Source: a virus
Lineage: Duplodnaviria; Caudoviricetes
IMG/VR virus record: IMGVR_UViG_2724679557_000005
Location: 26,522 to 90,521 of that record
Length of the DNA: 64,000 nt
Reading direction: 5' to 3' (one strand)
The stretch's first letter is position 1, and each line of letters opens with the position of its first letter. Positions 50,525 through 59,934 of this stretch are shown here, piece after piece. The notes under the pieces are model-generated. The model saw only the letters and a list, made by a program, of their open reading frames with translations. It had not been told where the DNA came from and made no database searches. A program made the position numbers and the translations under genes.

Positions 50525-50734
50525 TTATTTTCTTTGTTTAAGTGCTCCACGTTCCCTCTTGTAGCTATCATGCTTCATGCATTCTTTAATATCATCATAT
50601 GGATAATAATACATGTCTAATAGTTCACACTTGTTAAGTTCTTTACACTTACCACATACCCCAGGAGACTTAGCACAACATATTTTATCTCCACTAAACT
50701 TTACATTTAATCTTACTCTTTTTCTTTTCATCAC
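50525..50734 (-). CDS. Small Cys-rich phage protein
   Basis: ORF track; CGKC..C and HDSY.R..GA..Q. Confidence 0.6.
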   Translation of the reverse strand: MMKRKRVRLNVKFSGDKICCAKSPGVCGKCKELNKCELLDMYYYPYDDIKECMKHDSYKRERGALKQRK

Positions 50735-50930
50735 TAAGCCTCCTTCTTAAATAAGCAAAGCTCCATGTAATCTAAATAACTAGATTGCATAGAGCTTTAT
50801 GATCATTAGGTGGTAATTATTATATTGTATATTATTATTTAATATCCTTAATTTATAATATCTGCTAATATCATCTTACTATATATAATTGATACCCACA
50901 ATAGCACGAAATGTGCATGAAATGTGCAAA

Positions 50931-51497
50931 TTAGATTATATCCCTTACACTTTCAGGAAAAAGTATAGTTATAAGCTTATTAATCAACCTCTTCCTATTT
51001 CTAGATATAGTTGTCCTATCTTTTCTTAATCGTTCTGCTAACTTCTCATCAGTATCTAATTTTTCCTCTTCTGTATTTAAATATTTTAATTGTATTATAT
51101 TAAAGTATTTATCATCTCTTATTTTATTTAATGCATTATCTATTTTATTTAAATCCCTTTGAGTCTCTATCTTTTCAGTTTTATATTTTTCTATAAGCTG
51201 TAAGTATCTATCTTCAGCAGTAATACTTCCACCAGCACTAGAATAAACAACTATTGATTTACTTGCTTGAGGTAATCCATTTAGCTTGATATCTTCTATA
51301 TCTTCTTCTTTTTGTTTTATAGCTTCTTTTAAGTTCTCATAATTATAAAGTAATATTTCTACTCTCTTATAAAAAGGGAACTCTCTCTTAATCATATTCT
51401 TGTTTCTAAATTCTTCAATAATTTCTTTAGCAGTTTCTTTAGCAGTTTTCCTTATAGTTTTGTTTATTAATTTATCTTCTAATGTAGATTTATTCAT
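50931..51497 (-). CDS. ArpU/RinA-family late transcription activator
   Basis: EILLYNY, IDNAL..I...YF.II..KY, C-terminal HTH; last early gene before packaging. Confidence 0.75.
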   Translation of the reverse strand: MNKSTLEDKLINKTIRKTAKETAKEIIEEFRNKNMIKREFPFYKRVEILLYNYENLKEAIKQKEEDIEDIKLNGLPQASKSIVVYSSAGGSITAEDRYLQLIEKYKTEKIETQRDLNKIDNALNKIRDDKYFNIIQLKYLNTEEEKLDTDEKLAERLRKDRTTISRNRKRLINKLITILFPESVRDII

Positions 51498-51508
51498 ACT
51501 AAGCCTCC

Positions 51509-51847
51509 TTATCCTCTTGGTGGTTTTACAAACATAATACTTAAATCTTTTCCTTTTGGAACTTCTTCTAATAATTCATTTTCTGGTATATCAAAAGTCT
51601 TGCAGTACTTCTTCATACATTTATATATATAATATTGTTTTTCATTAGATCCTGTTTGATTACTTGCCTTTTCAAATAAATTAAACATATAATCTAATGC
51701 CTTTTTAAACGGATCTAACTCAAATTCTTCTTCTGTCATTGTTTTTATATTTTTAATATCTTCTAATTTTTGTTTATATTCTTGATTTTTATCAATTAAT
51801 TCTTTAAGTTCTATATAAGGCATTGTTACCGTTGCTTTTTCTAACAT
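51509..51847 (-). CDS. Hypothetical phage protein
   Basis: ORF track, co-oriented with the early operon. Confidence 0.55.
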   Translation of the reverse strand: MLEKATVTMPYIELKELIDKNQEYKQKLEDIKNIKTMTEEEFELDPFKKALDYMFNLFEKASNQTGSNEKQYYIYKCMKKYCKTFDIPENELLEEVPKGKDLSIMFVKPPRG

Positions 51848-51957
51848 TGCTTTTTTCTCACTTTCTTTTAAAATATTTTATATTGTTTAGTTAGTATATT
51901 TAATAAAATCTTGGATAAACTTATAATAATAAACTTACATAGAATTGAGGTGAGTTT

Positions 51958-52053
51958 ATGAAAAAGAATTTTAAAATATATGTAGCTTTTATTCTTGCAA
52001 CAATAATTGCAAGCGAAATAATAACTTTCTTATTTCTTTTCTTATTTATATAA
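51958..52053 (+). CDS. Small hydrophobic peptide (31 aa)
   Basis: GAGGTG RBS; MKKNFKIYVAFILATIIASEIITFLFLFLFI*. Confidence 0.45.
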   Translation: MKKNFKIYVAFILATIIASEIITFLFLFLFI

Positions 52054-52207
52054 GAATTTATAATAAAAGCACATAACAAATTCTTTATCTAAAGAGATAA
52101 AGGCATTTAGTTGATATTTTTATTAACTATCTGCTGAGTTGTTATAAATAAATTAAAAAATAATAATGACTAATATCTTTAATATTTAGATACTCATAAG
52201 CTCACTT

Positions 52208-52414
52208 TTAAATCTTCACTTCACACCAAGTTTTATAAATTGGATATAAACAAAACAGTTGACCATCAACTGTATATTCTTTTATTTCCTCAAATTCTCC
52301 ATAAAATTCAACTTCCATTCCATTAACAATATCTAAATGCTTTGATAAACGTTTCTTGATTTCTCTTTCAGCATTTTTAAGGAATTTCTCCTTACTGAAT
52401 TTCACTAATCTCAC
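52208..52414 (-). CDS. Hypothetical phage protein
   Basis: ORF track. Confidence 0.5.
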   Translation of the reverse strand: MRLVKFSKEKFLKNAEREIKKRLSKHLDIVNGMEVEFYGEFEEIKEYTVDGQLFCLYPIYKTWCEVKI

Positions 52415-52597
52415 CCACTCTACATTTTGTATATTATCTACTTATATAAACAAATAAATTAAATTAATAATATTATAAAAAGGAGATTCTAATCATTATT
52501 TATAAATAAAGTTAATATAGTGCTCATTTTTAGTGCTTATTTTGAATAATATAGATATATATGTCTATAGGAATTTATGATAAGGAGGTGATCTCCT

Positions 52598-52690
52598 ATG
52601 TTAAAAAATAAATTCTTACAAATTTTCGCTTTAATAGCAGCTATTTTCTTCGCAGTAATCAGTACAATACCTATGTTTTTATTACAATAG
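52598..52690 (+). CDS. Small hydrophobic peptide (30 aa), type I toxin candidate
   Basis: TAAGGAGGTGATCTCCTATG: perfect SD paired with an adjacent CTCCT; MLKNKFLQIFALIAAIFFAVISTIPMFLLQ*. Confidence 0.5.
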   Translation: MLKNKFLQIFALIAAIFFAVISTIPMFLLQ

Positions 52691-53061
52691 TTGTATTAAT
52701 AGCAAGTAAATCTTTTTAACAGGAGGCAAAGTAAAGTTATTTTTAATAACTTTGCTCTTAGAGAAAATAACCAAATTAAATTATTAAAATTTCTAAGATG
52801 CTAAAACAGCCTCATTATGATTAAAAATATAATAAATAATAATGATTTATTGCATCATATATATAATCTAAAACCACTATCTATTGAAATAGCGTATCTA
52901 CATAATTTTTTCTACAACATCTTTTATATACATATTCACCTAATAATAAGAATCTCAGGTCATTTTATTAAATGTTAATTTCCACATTAACTATAATTTA
53001 AAATCAAATGAACAAATTATTAAAATAATTATTAGTTTTATACATTTTGTAGACTATCAAC

Positions 53062-53265
53062 TCATATTATTATCTGCATTAATAATAAAAAATTGCTAAC
53101 TAAAATAAATAATACAACTGAACCTATAATCTTTAGCTGTTCTTTCATCTCTAACTTTTTAGTTAAACAAAATAAATAATAAATTAATGCAACTGTAAGT
53201 ATATTTAATAAAACTTTAGTTACATATCCAATATCATTACTTACAGTAAAGTAATCTCCATGCAT
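53062..53265 (-). CDS. Small two-TM membrane protein
   Basis: ORF track; GAGGGG RBS. Confidence 0.55.
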   Translation of the reverse strand: MHGDYFTVSNDIGYVTKVLLNILTVALIYYLFCLTKKLEMKEQLKIIGSVVLFILVSNFLLLMQIII

Positions 53266-53290
53266 AGCTTTACCCCTCTTTCCCCATCTA

Positions 53291-53413
53291 TCATATTTTC
53301 TTTTGTTCTTTAACTATATATGGATCTAGTTTTTTACTTAATTCCAATACTCTTTTATCTCCAGTACCATATTGTAAAATCCTTTTATATAACTCTTCTC
53401 TTAAATTTTCCAT
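53291..53413 (-). CDS. Spo0E-like aspartyl-phosphate phosphatase (40 aa), not in ORF track
   Basis: MENLREELYKRILQYGTGDKRVLELSKKLDPYIVKEQKKI; matches the Spo0E two-helix pattern with SxxLD. Confidence 0.6.
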   Translation of the reverse strand: MENLREELYKRILQYGTGDKRVLELSKKLDPYIVKEQKKI

Positions 53414-53536
53414 TTATCATACCCCATTATTTATATATTTTAGAGGGGATTTTCTCCCCTCTTATTTAAATTGCAGTAACTTAACATTAGCTTGAATCCC
53501 TACTGTGCTAACAGTTATTAGTCATGCAAATTTTAG

Positions 53537-54502
53537 CTAATTATTCTGTGCTTGAGTTCTAAGCCACTTTTTACATATTTCATATTTGTTATTTCCCTTA
53601 CATTCAATTGCCAGGTCACAAAATCCAGCATATCCATTTCCACCGCTACACCTACTACATATAAAAATAGCAAGTTCATCTATTGTTAAATCTTTTACTA
53701 TTTCAAAATTAGTTTTAAACCTAGGTAAATTAACTACCTCTTCTTTTGATTTTTCTATATGTTTATCATTAGTTCTTACACTTTCTCTTTTTAACTCTTC
53801 TTTCTTGGCCCTAACATCTTTTATTGATAGTTGACCTTTATCTTTAAATTCTTCAAAAACTACTTGCTGAGTTTCTTCTGGTAGTGTAGATAATTCATGT
53901 GCTGCTGATATATTAACTTTTGCTTCTTTAAACTCTTCCTTAAATTCTGGAATAAGATTATTTGTTATTCCTTCCATTCTAGCTATTTGTGATGAAGAGG
54001 TATTTAATATATCTGCAACTATCTCTCTTACTCTTCCTTGTATCTTTTCTTGTTTCTTATATTCAGTTAACAATTCTTTTAATTTTTCAGCTTGTACTGT
54101 CTTTTCATAATCAGTAAGTTCTCTAGCTGTTGAATTAGTTATTATAAGTAGTAGCTTATCTTTTAAAGCATCTTTTTCATTTTCAACTTTACAAGGTACA
54201 TATTCAAAATCCTGCTTTCCTTCTTCAAAAAGCATTTTTAAGGCTTTATATCTCCTGTGCCCTGCTATTATTTCATAACCTTCATCTATTTTCTTTACAA
54301 CTAGATTTTGTTGTAAACCTAGTAACTCTATTGAATTTTTAAGTTCAACTACATTCTCTGTTGAATAAAAATTTTCATCTGATGGTTTTAACTCATTTAT
54401 ATTAATTGGTACTGTTTTAAACTTCTTTTGACTCTTCTTTTCAACATTAATATTTTCCTTAGAATTATTATTAAGTAATTCCATCATATTAAACTTAGCC
54501 AT
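53537..54502 (-). CDS. parB: ParB/Spo0J-family partition protein
   Basis: ELKNSI...GLQQNLVV, IIAGHRRYKA; start at MAKFNM after AGGAG. Confidence 0.88.
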   Translation of the reverse strand: MAKFNMMELLNNNSKENINVEKKSQKKFKTVPININELKPSDENFYSTENVVELKNSIELLGLQQNLVVKKIDEGYEIIAGHRRYKALKMLFEEGKQDFEYVPCKVENEKDALKDKLLLIITNSTARELTDYEKTVQAEKLKELLTEYKKQEKIQGRVREIVADILNTSSSQIARMEGITNNLIPEFKEEFKEAKVNISAAHELSTLPEETQQVVFEEFKDKGQLSIKDVRAKKEELKRESVRTNDKHIEKSKEEVVNLPRFKTNFEIVKDLTIDELAIFICSRCSGGNGYAGFCDLAIECKGNNKYEICKKWLRTQAQNN

Positions 54503-54517
54503 ATTAACTCCTTTATT

Positions 54518-54538
54518 TTGTGTTCGATTCGGACACAA
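54518..54538. repeat. parS-like palindrome, copy 2, immediately upstream of parB
   Basis: TTGTGTTCGATTCGGACACAA. Confidence 0.6.
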
Positions 54539-54543
54539 TAAAA

Positions 54544-55143
54544 TTATTTTCTAAATTGATTATTACTTTTGAGATTCTCTTTAAATTTTTCAATTCTCTT
54601 TACCTCTTCTGGCTTACATTTTGATAAATCTACAGCATATGGACAATTACTCTCTTCATCCACTCTTTCTAGATTTATATCATCAAAAGCTTTAAATATT
54701 ATGCAATTCTTATAATCTTTTGTACATCCAACACAATTTACTTCTGCTACCTCTTCTATTATTGGGATAAACTTTTCTCTTTCCATGACAACATATTTAT
54801 ACCTATCTTCAAGATCCCTAAATAACTTTTTTAATGTATAATCATCAATCAACCTATAATCAAACTTTATTAACTGTTTTTCTAATTTTTCTCTTTCTTT
54901 TTGATCTAAATTTTCTTCAAGTTCATCGCAGAATTTATTCAGATAGCTTCTTACTAACTTTATATTCTTTTGCATAGAAGATGTAATCATGCCTTTTCTT
55001 TTCCATTCTATCCACATTTCATTTGTTATCTTATTATTTAAATTTCTCTCACCATTTATCATTTGAATAAAAGACTTACAAATCATATAAAAGTTTTTCT
55101 CTTCTGAATTTAAATACGGTCTTTTAAAATTACTCAACCCCAT
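54544..55143 (-). CDS. Conserved clostridial phage protein with a C-terminal Cys cluster
   Basis: YLNSEEK start; CVGC...C...CPY. Confidence 0.65.
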   Translation of the reverse strand: MGLSNFKRPYLNSEEKNFYMICKSFIQMINGERNLNNKITNEMWIEWKRKGMITSSMQKNIKLVRSYLNKFCDELEENLDQKEREKLEKQLIKFDYRLIDDYTLKKLFRDLEDRYKYVVMEREKFIPIIEEVAEVNCVGCTKDYKNCIIFKAFDDINLERVDEESNCPYAVDLSKCKPEEVKRIEKFKENLKSNNQFRK

Positions 55144-55390
55144 GTACCTTCTTTCTCAATATAAGTTCAATATCATCACTAATTCTCTTCATTTGAGAAT
55201 TAGTGAGTCCATTCCTCTTCATTGCTTCTACTACAGAATCAACAATCATTCCTTGAAATACCTTACACTTTCTATCTATTTCAGAATTAATTAATTCTTG
55301 GTCTATTCCATTAACTATATTATTAACTTTTTGCTTTCCAATTTTTTTATTAACTTTTCTTTGAATCCTTCTATTCTCTGCTCTTCCCAT
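55130..55390 (-). CDS. Hypothetical phage protein
   Basis: ORF track; between parA and parB. Confidence 0.6.
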   Translation of the reverse strand: MGRAENRRIQRKVNKKIGKQKVNNIVNGIDQELINSEIDRKCKVFQGMIVDSVVEAMKRNGLTNSQMKRISDDIELILRKKVHGVE

Positions 55391-55393
55391 AAG

Positions 55394-56158
55394 TTACACC
55401 TCTTTATCTAGATATTCTTCTACAAGTTGTAAATAATCTTTAGAAGCTGCACATCTTTTTGAATAATCACATACTGGTAAACTTGCAAATGTACTTTCAT
55501 CAACTTTAGGCGTTCTTCTTATATGAGTTTTAAAGATAGGATATTTGCTAGTTTTAATCAAGATCTCTTCTCCTTGATTATTAACATCATTATTTTGATA
55601 TTGAGTTATAAAACATCCTTTAAGCTTTATTTTAGGATTTATTTGTTTTGCATTTTCTATTTGTTCATTTAATTCCTCTAATCCATCGAAAGCAAATTTA
55701 TCAATTTTAATTGGTATTAAAACATCTTCACATGCTACCAAAGAGTTAATCACCGATATATTTATATCTGGTGGGTTGTCTATTATACAATAATCGTAAT
55801 TATCACAAACTTGACTTAATGCCTTTTTTAATATTGTTTGCTGCTCTTTATCATCATCTTTTATCACATCTAAATTCGCTTTTAATAATCTCATGTTTGC
55901 TGGAATTAGATCTAAATTTTTATATTGAGTTGGAATTATAACATCCTCAACATCTATTTCAGGATTGCACATTATATCAGCTATACTTAATTCCTCTTCA
56001 TCATGTAAGCTAAACATTTTAGTAGCATTACCTTGTTTGTCATTATCTATCAATAAGACCTTTTTACCATAAGTAGTTGCTAAAATATGACTTATGTTAA
56101 CTGATGATACAGTTTTAGCAACTCCACCTTTTAAATTTATAATAGAGATTGTCCTCAT
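55394..56158 (-). CDS. parA: ParA/Soj-family ATPase
   Basis: Deviant Walker A KGGVAKT, IDNDKQGN, IIDNPP. Confidence 0.92.
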   Translation of the reverse strand: MRTISIINLKGGVAKTVSSVNISHILATTYGKKVLLIDNDKQGNATKMFSLHDEEELSIADIMCNPEIDVEDVIIPTQYKNLDLIPANMRLLKANLDVIKDDDKEQQTILKKALSQVCDNYDYCIIDNPPDINISVINSLVACEDVLIPIKIDKFAFDGLEELNEQIENAKQINPKIKLKGCFITQYQNNDVNNQGEEILIKTSKYPIFKTHIRRTPKVDESTFASLPVCDYSKRCAASKDYLQLVEEYLDKEV

Positions 56159-56201
56159 TTTTTATATTCCCCCTAATTTTGTTAATAAAATTGTATAGAT
56201 G

Positions 56202-56390
56202 TTAACTATTCTCTTCCTCTATCTCAATTAACTCTCTTCGTGCATTTCCAAGTATTCTAGTGTAACTTTCTAAGTTAAAATCCTCTTCACATGTATAATT
56301 AGTTGCATTCTTCATTCCCATTGAATAAAGCATTAGCTTTTTACTCTCTCTTAACAATTCTTTTAAAGAATCTATTTTCAATAAAATCAC
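56202..56390 (-). CDS. Hypothetical phage protein
   Basis: ORF track; overlaps the rep stop. Confidence 0.5.
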   Translation of the reverse strand: MILLKIDSLKELLRESKKLMLYSMGMKNATNYTCEEDFNLESYTRILGNARRELIEIEEENS

Positions 56391-57238
56391 TCCCGTTTTT
56401 TCATTCTTGCATATAAATAAAACCCATTAGCTCTATCACTATATAAAGTTTCACAATCCTTATATTCATATTTTCCCTTGTATACACTTTCAAAAAATTC
56501 TTGATATTCATCAGGTCTTTTAGCTATTTTTTCTACTCTTCTTTTAGTTAAAGTAGTCCTATTTTTAGTTATTATTGGTTTTTTAAGATTCTTACTATAA
56601 CTCCATCTTCTACCTTGAAGTAATCCTTTTGCTACATATTTTGCTATACCTGTTAATCCAAAATCATCAGGTTGAAGTCTCATACTATCAGTTCTACCCT
56701 TTTTCCAAACACTTTCAGCAATATCTCTGTCCATTTTATTGATTATTATATGATGATGTACTCTTATCTTTTTACTTACACTTGGATCATTAACATATTC
56801 AATCACATACAAATATTTAAGTTCTGGAAGACCTTCTTTTTTTCTACGCCTTTTTAGTCTCCTTATATAATTTTCAATGTCTCTTTTAGCTTCATCTTCT
56901 TTTGGTAAATGATTATCTGCATATGTTAGAGTTACCATTAAATCATCTTTATTAAAATTTGTATTTACTAATCTAACTATCTTTTTCTTTGCATTCTTAT
57001 CATTTAATCTTCTTTGAGATTCGCTACTTTCTCCAATAGGCAATCTTGGGATATCATTTCTACATTTCCATACTGGATAAAGTTCACTTTCAACTACATT
57101 TCCACTTATTATAGTTTTTTTCATGTAAGTATATCTTAGCTTATTGCTATCTCTTATATTTTCTACTTCATCTTCTCTTGTCTCTTTTATCTTCTTCGTA
57201 TATACATTTCTATAATTGTAATCATCATATACTTTCAT
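56387..57238 (-). CDS. HUH-endonuclease rolling-circle replication initiator
   Basis: Motif I VTLTY, motif II RVHHHIII, motif III IAKYVAK. Confidence 0.8.
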   Translation of the reverse strand: MKVYDDYNYRNVYTKKIKETREDEVENIRDSNKLRYTYMKKTIISGNVVESELYPVWKCRNDIPRLPIGESSESQRRLNDKNAKKKIVRLVNTNFNKDDLMVTLTYADNHLPKEDEAKRDIENYIRRLKRRRKKEGLPELKYLYVIEYVNDPSVSKKIRVHHHIIINKMDRDIAESVWKKGRTDSMRLQPDDFGLTGIAKYVAKGLLQGRRWSYSKNLKKPIITKNRTTLTKRRVEKIAKRPDEYQEFFESVYKGKYEYKDCETLYSDRANGFYLYARMKKRE

Positions 57239-57324
57239 TAGTTTTCCCCTTTATTCTAAAATGGTCGACTTAATAATACCTATTACGAGGCCGTATAAAT
57301 GCAACAATTGGCATTCATAAAACC

Positions 57325-57440
57325 TTGAAATATCACACATGATGATTTATAATTATTAATGTAAGTTTTTTATAAATATCATGTTTTATACGAGATATTT
57401 GCTGAATGTGTTTTGCTCTAACAAAATACATTCTTTTTTT
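57325..57440 (+). ncRNA. Putative counter-transcribed RNA in the rep leader
   Basis: TTGAAA-17-TATAAT (57325-57353); hairpin GAATGTGTTTTG/CAAAATACATTC plus T7. Confidence 0.55.
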
Positions 57441-57512
57441 ATTTATTTTTAAATATAAATTATTTCCCATAGTTTACGTTTTACTTCAATATAAAGGTAG
57501 TGGTATTTAAAA

Positions 57513-57635
57513 TTATTTCTTATTAATATTAATTATTTTAGAACTACATGGTGGACAAATATATCCTTTGGTATCTATCTTTTGTTTAATACTTACGTTC
57601 CAATATCTATTACATTTAATACATTTACATTGCAT
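57513..57635 (-). CDS. Small zinc-finger protein (40 aa)
   Basis: MQCKCIKCNRYWNVSIK...YICPPC; follows the abrB-like gene by 2 nt. Confidence 0.55.
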   Translation of the reverse strand: MQCKCIKCNRYWNVSIKQKIDTKGYICPPCSSKIININKK

Positions 57636-57637
57636 AT

Positions 57638-57883
57638 CTACTTTAAATGCTTAATATCATTTAAGCAGCTCTTACAAAGATTCTTTCCTTTATAATTAAT
57701 AACATCCTTTGCTTGTCCACAAAATGTGCAACTTGGTTCATACTTCTTAAGAATTATTTGTCCTCCATCTATAAAAATTTCTAATGAATCTTTAATTTCT
57801 ATATCTAATGTTCTTCTAAGCTCTATAGGAATTACTATTCTTCCTAGTTCATCAATTTTTCTTACTATACCAGTACTTTTCAT
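57638..57883 (-). CDS. AbrB/SpoVT-family transcription regulator
   Basis: MKSTGIVRKIDELGRIVIPIELRRTL, C-terminal CxxC..CxxC. Confidence 0.92.
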   Translation of the reverse strand: MKSTGIVRKIDELGRIVIPIELRRTLDIEIKDSLEIFIDGGQIILKKYEPSCTFCGQAKDVINYKGKNLCKSCLNDIKHLK

Positions 57884-57905
57884 TTCCTCTCCCCCTAATT
57901 TATAA

Positions 57906-58052
57906 TTAAGATTTCTTATTTTCTATTTTTTGAAATGGCATTGTAAACATACCTATATTTAAAGCATTTTCTTTAAGTGCTTTAGGTAGATCTTCTCTTG
58001 TTATTCCATTTCTTTTTAATATTTCTTCGGCTTTTTCAACTGTCATTTCCAT
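57906..58052 (-). CDS. Small hypothetical protein (48 aa)
   Basis: AGGAG RBS; MEMTVEKAEEILKRNG... Confidence 0.5.
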   Translation of the reverse strand: MEMTVEKAEEILKRNGITREDLPKALKENALNIGMFTMPFQKIENKKS

Positions 58053-58186
58053 TGAAATCTACTCCTTTTAAAAATTTTCCTAAATTATATATAGCAATAT
58101 ATTAGCTTTTATACTAATTGATTCTTACTTTTGTTTAGTAGTAATCTTTACATTTATTTGTTCTTTCAACATAATATGGTAAAATA

Positions 58187-58771
58187 ATGTTGAAAGGAGG
58201 TATTGATAAATTGTTTTCTATTTTTAACTCATTAAGTACTACAGACAAAATTCAAATTTTATCTATAATTTTTAGTAGTTTATTGTCATTAATATCTGTT
58301 TGCATTGCTTTAGGTACATTGAAACAAACAAATAAAATATCATTAGATTCTAACAGAGCATATATAATATTTTATATTGATAAAAATAGAGCTGAGTCTT
58401 CCAGTAACTTAGTTATAAAAAACTTTGGAAAAACTGGTGGTAAATTAATAAGTTTAACTTTAGATCCTACTTTAGATTATGAAAAATCAAAAATAGGAGT
58501 ATTGGTAAAACCTATCACGAATTATTCCAATATTTTTTTAGCACCTGGACAATCTATAAAAAGTGCTTTCTTTTTTGAATCATATCCTGATACCAAATTT
58601 AATATATCAATTAGTTACGAAACATGTGGTAAATTGTATAATGAATCATATACTATTGATTTAGATTATTATGAAAGCATTTTAGAAGCTTCTCCAACTG
58701 CTAAAGATACAAACTCTATTCTTAAACAGATTAGTCAAAATATTGGACAAGTTTCTGACAAGCTATCTTAA
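58187..58771 (+). CDS. Membrane-anchored hypothetical moron, antisense to the early operon
   Basis: N-terminal TM, LVIKNFGKTG Ig-like motif; AGGAGG precedes TTG at 58211. Confidence 0.65.
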   Translation: MLKGGIDKLFSIFNSLSTTDKIQILSIIFSSLLSLISVCIALGTLKQTNKISLDSNRAYIIFYIDKNRAESSSNLVIKNFGKTGGKLISLTLDPTLDYEKSKIGVLVKPITNYSNIFLAPGQSIKSAFFFESYPDTKFNISISYETCGKLYNESYTIDLDYYESILEASPTAKDTNSILKQISQNIGQVSDKLS

Positions 58772-58985
58772 TTGATTCTCTTACTTGTTTTTTGTCATAT
58801 CTACTATCATTTATTTGTATTTCAATTTCTATAGCTTCTGATGAATCAACTATTATATGATCATTAATAATAGTCCTTCCATTATTAATTTTATTTATAA
58901 TTTTTAACCTAGTTGGATAAATATCCTTGAACTGCTCTTGAACTGGTACTTCAAGAGCAGTTTTCTTTTCATCCCCCTTTTCCAT
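58731..58985 (-). CDS. Hypothetical early protein
   Basis: ORF track. Confidence 0.45.
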   Translation of the reverse strand: MEKGDEKKTALEVPVQEQFKDIYPTRLKIINKINNGRTIINDHIIVDSSEAIEIEIQINDSRYDKKQVRESIKIACQKLVQYFD

Positions 58986-59141
58986 CTAATTCACCCTCTT
59001 ACTTTTCTCCATTTGTTTTGCAAATCTATATCCATCTATAAAGCTTTTAAAATCTTTTTGTTCTTCCATATTAAGTGACTTTATAAAGTCAAATATTTCA
59101 TCTGCTTGTTGTTTTTCTTCCTTTTTTAAAATAACTTGCAT
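58986..59141 (-). CDS. Small early protein (51 aa)
   Basis: AAGGAGG RBS; MQVILKKEEKQQADEIFDFIKSL...FIDGYRFAK. Confidence 0.6.
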   Translation of the reverse strand: MQVILKKEEKQQADEIFDFIKSLNMEEQKDFKSFIDGYRFAKQMEKSKRVN

Positions 59142-59238
59142 TATTTTTCCTCCTTATGTTGTTATTTAGAACCTTATTTTCTATAATTTAAATATCAGCT
59201 TGGCAGAGCTGAAATAAATTATAAAAGGTGGTGGATTT

Positions 59239-59475
59239 ATGAATTCTAAAAATTTACTAAATATATTAATCTCTCTTCCTTACACTAATTATGAAGAATA
59301 TGGTTTAATAATTAGTTATGCAGATATCTTTAATAAATTAAAATATGAATATAATTTTGATAATTCAGATTTATTAATTTATATGCTCAACGATTTAGAA
59401 CACTCTAATTTAATAAAAAACATAAAACAAACTGATTTTGATGAAAATCTAATTATTGGTGTCAAAATCAAATAA
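59239..59475 (+). CDS. Hypothetical protein
   Basis: AAGGTGG RBS, upstream TATAAT. Confidence 0.55.
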   Translation: MNSKNLLNILISLPYTNYEEYGLIISYADIFNKLKYEYNFDNSDLLIYMLNDLEHSNLIKNIKQTDFDENLIIGVKIK

Positions 59476-59787
59476 TTTTGTTTGAATAATAATAGCAATT
59501 GAGGTACTGAAAATTTCTTTAGCCTTTTTTGCTGTTATTTGTTTTCTTTTAAATCCTTCTAAGAGTTCTAATATTGCTGTGGTAAAAAATTCTCCTACAT
59601 CTAAAATTTCTTTAATACTCTTATTTATATCTTTTAAATCTGCTATTTCAATACGCTTCTTTTCAATAGTATGAAAAAATTCTAACATTAACTTAGATAT
59701 ATATAATATTTCATCCTGTGTGTACTTAGATAAAACAAGTATTACATTATATATGTCTTTATATTTAGGTTCTTTTAATTTGCTCAT
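59449..59787 (-). CDS. Hypothetical early protein
   Basis: ORF track. Confidence 0.45.
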   Translation of the reverse strand: MSKLKEPKYKDIYNVILVLSKYTQDEILYISKLMLEFFHTIEKKRIEIADLKDINKSIKEILDVGEFFTTAILELLEGFKRKQITAKKAKEIFSTSIAIIIQTKLFDFDTNN

Positions 59788-59934
59788 ATAATAATCTTTA
59801 TTTTTTATCTAATTCACCCTCTTCCACTTTTATCTACAATTTTTACTTCTACCAACTTACATACTATAACTGAAAACTACTGGAAGTAGCTGTTATTGTG
59901 TTTTTAGATGTGATTTTGTTGAATTTATTTTCTT

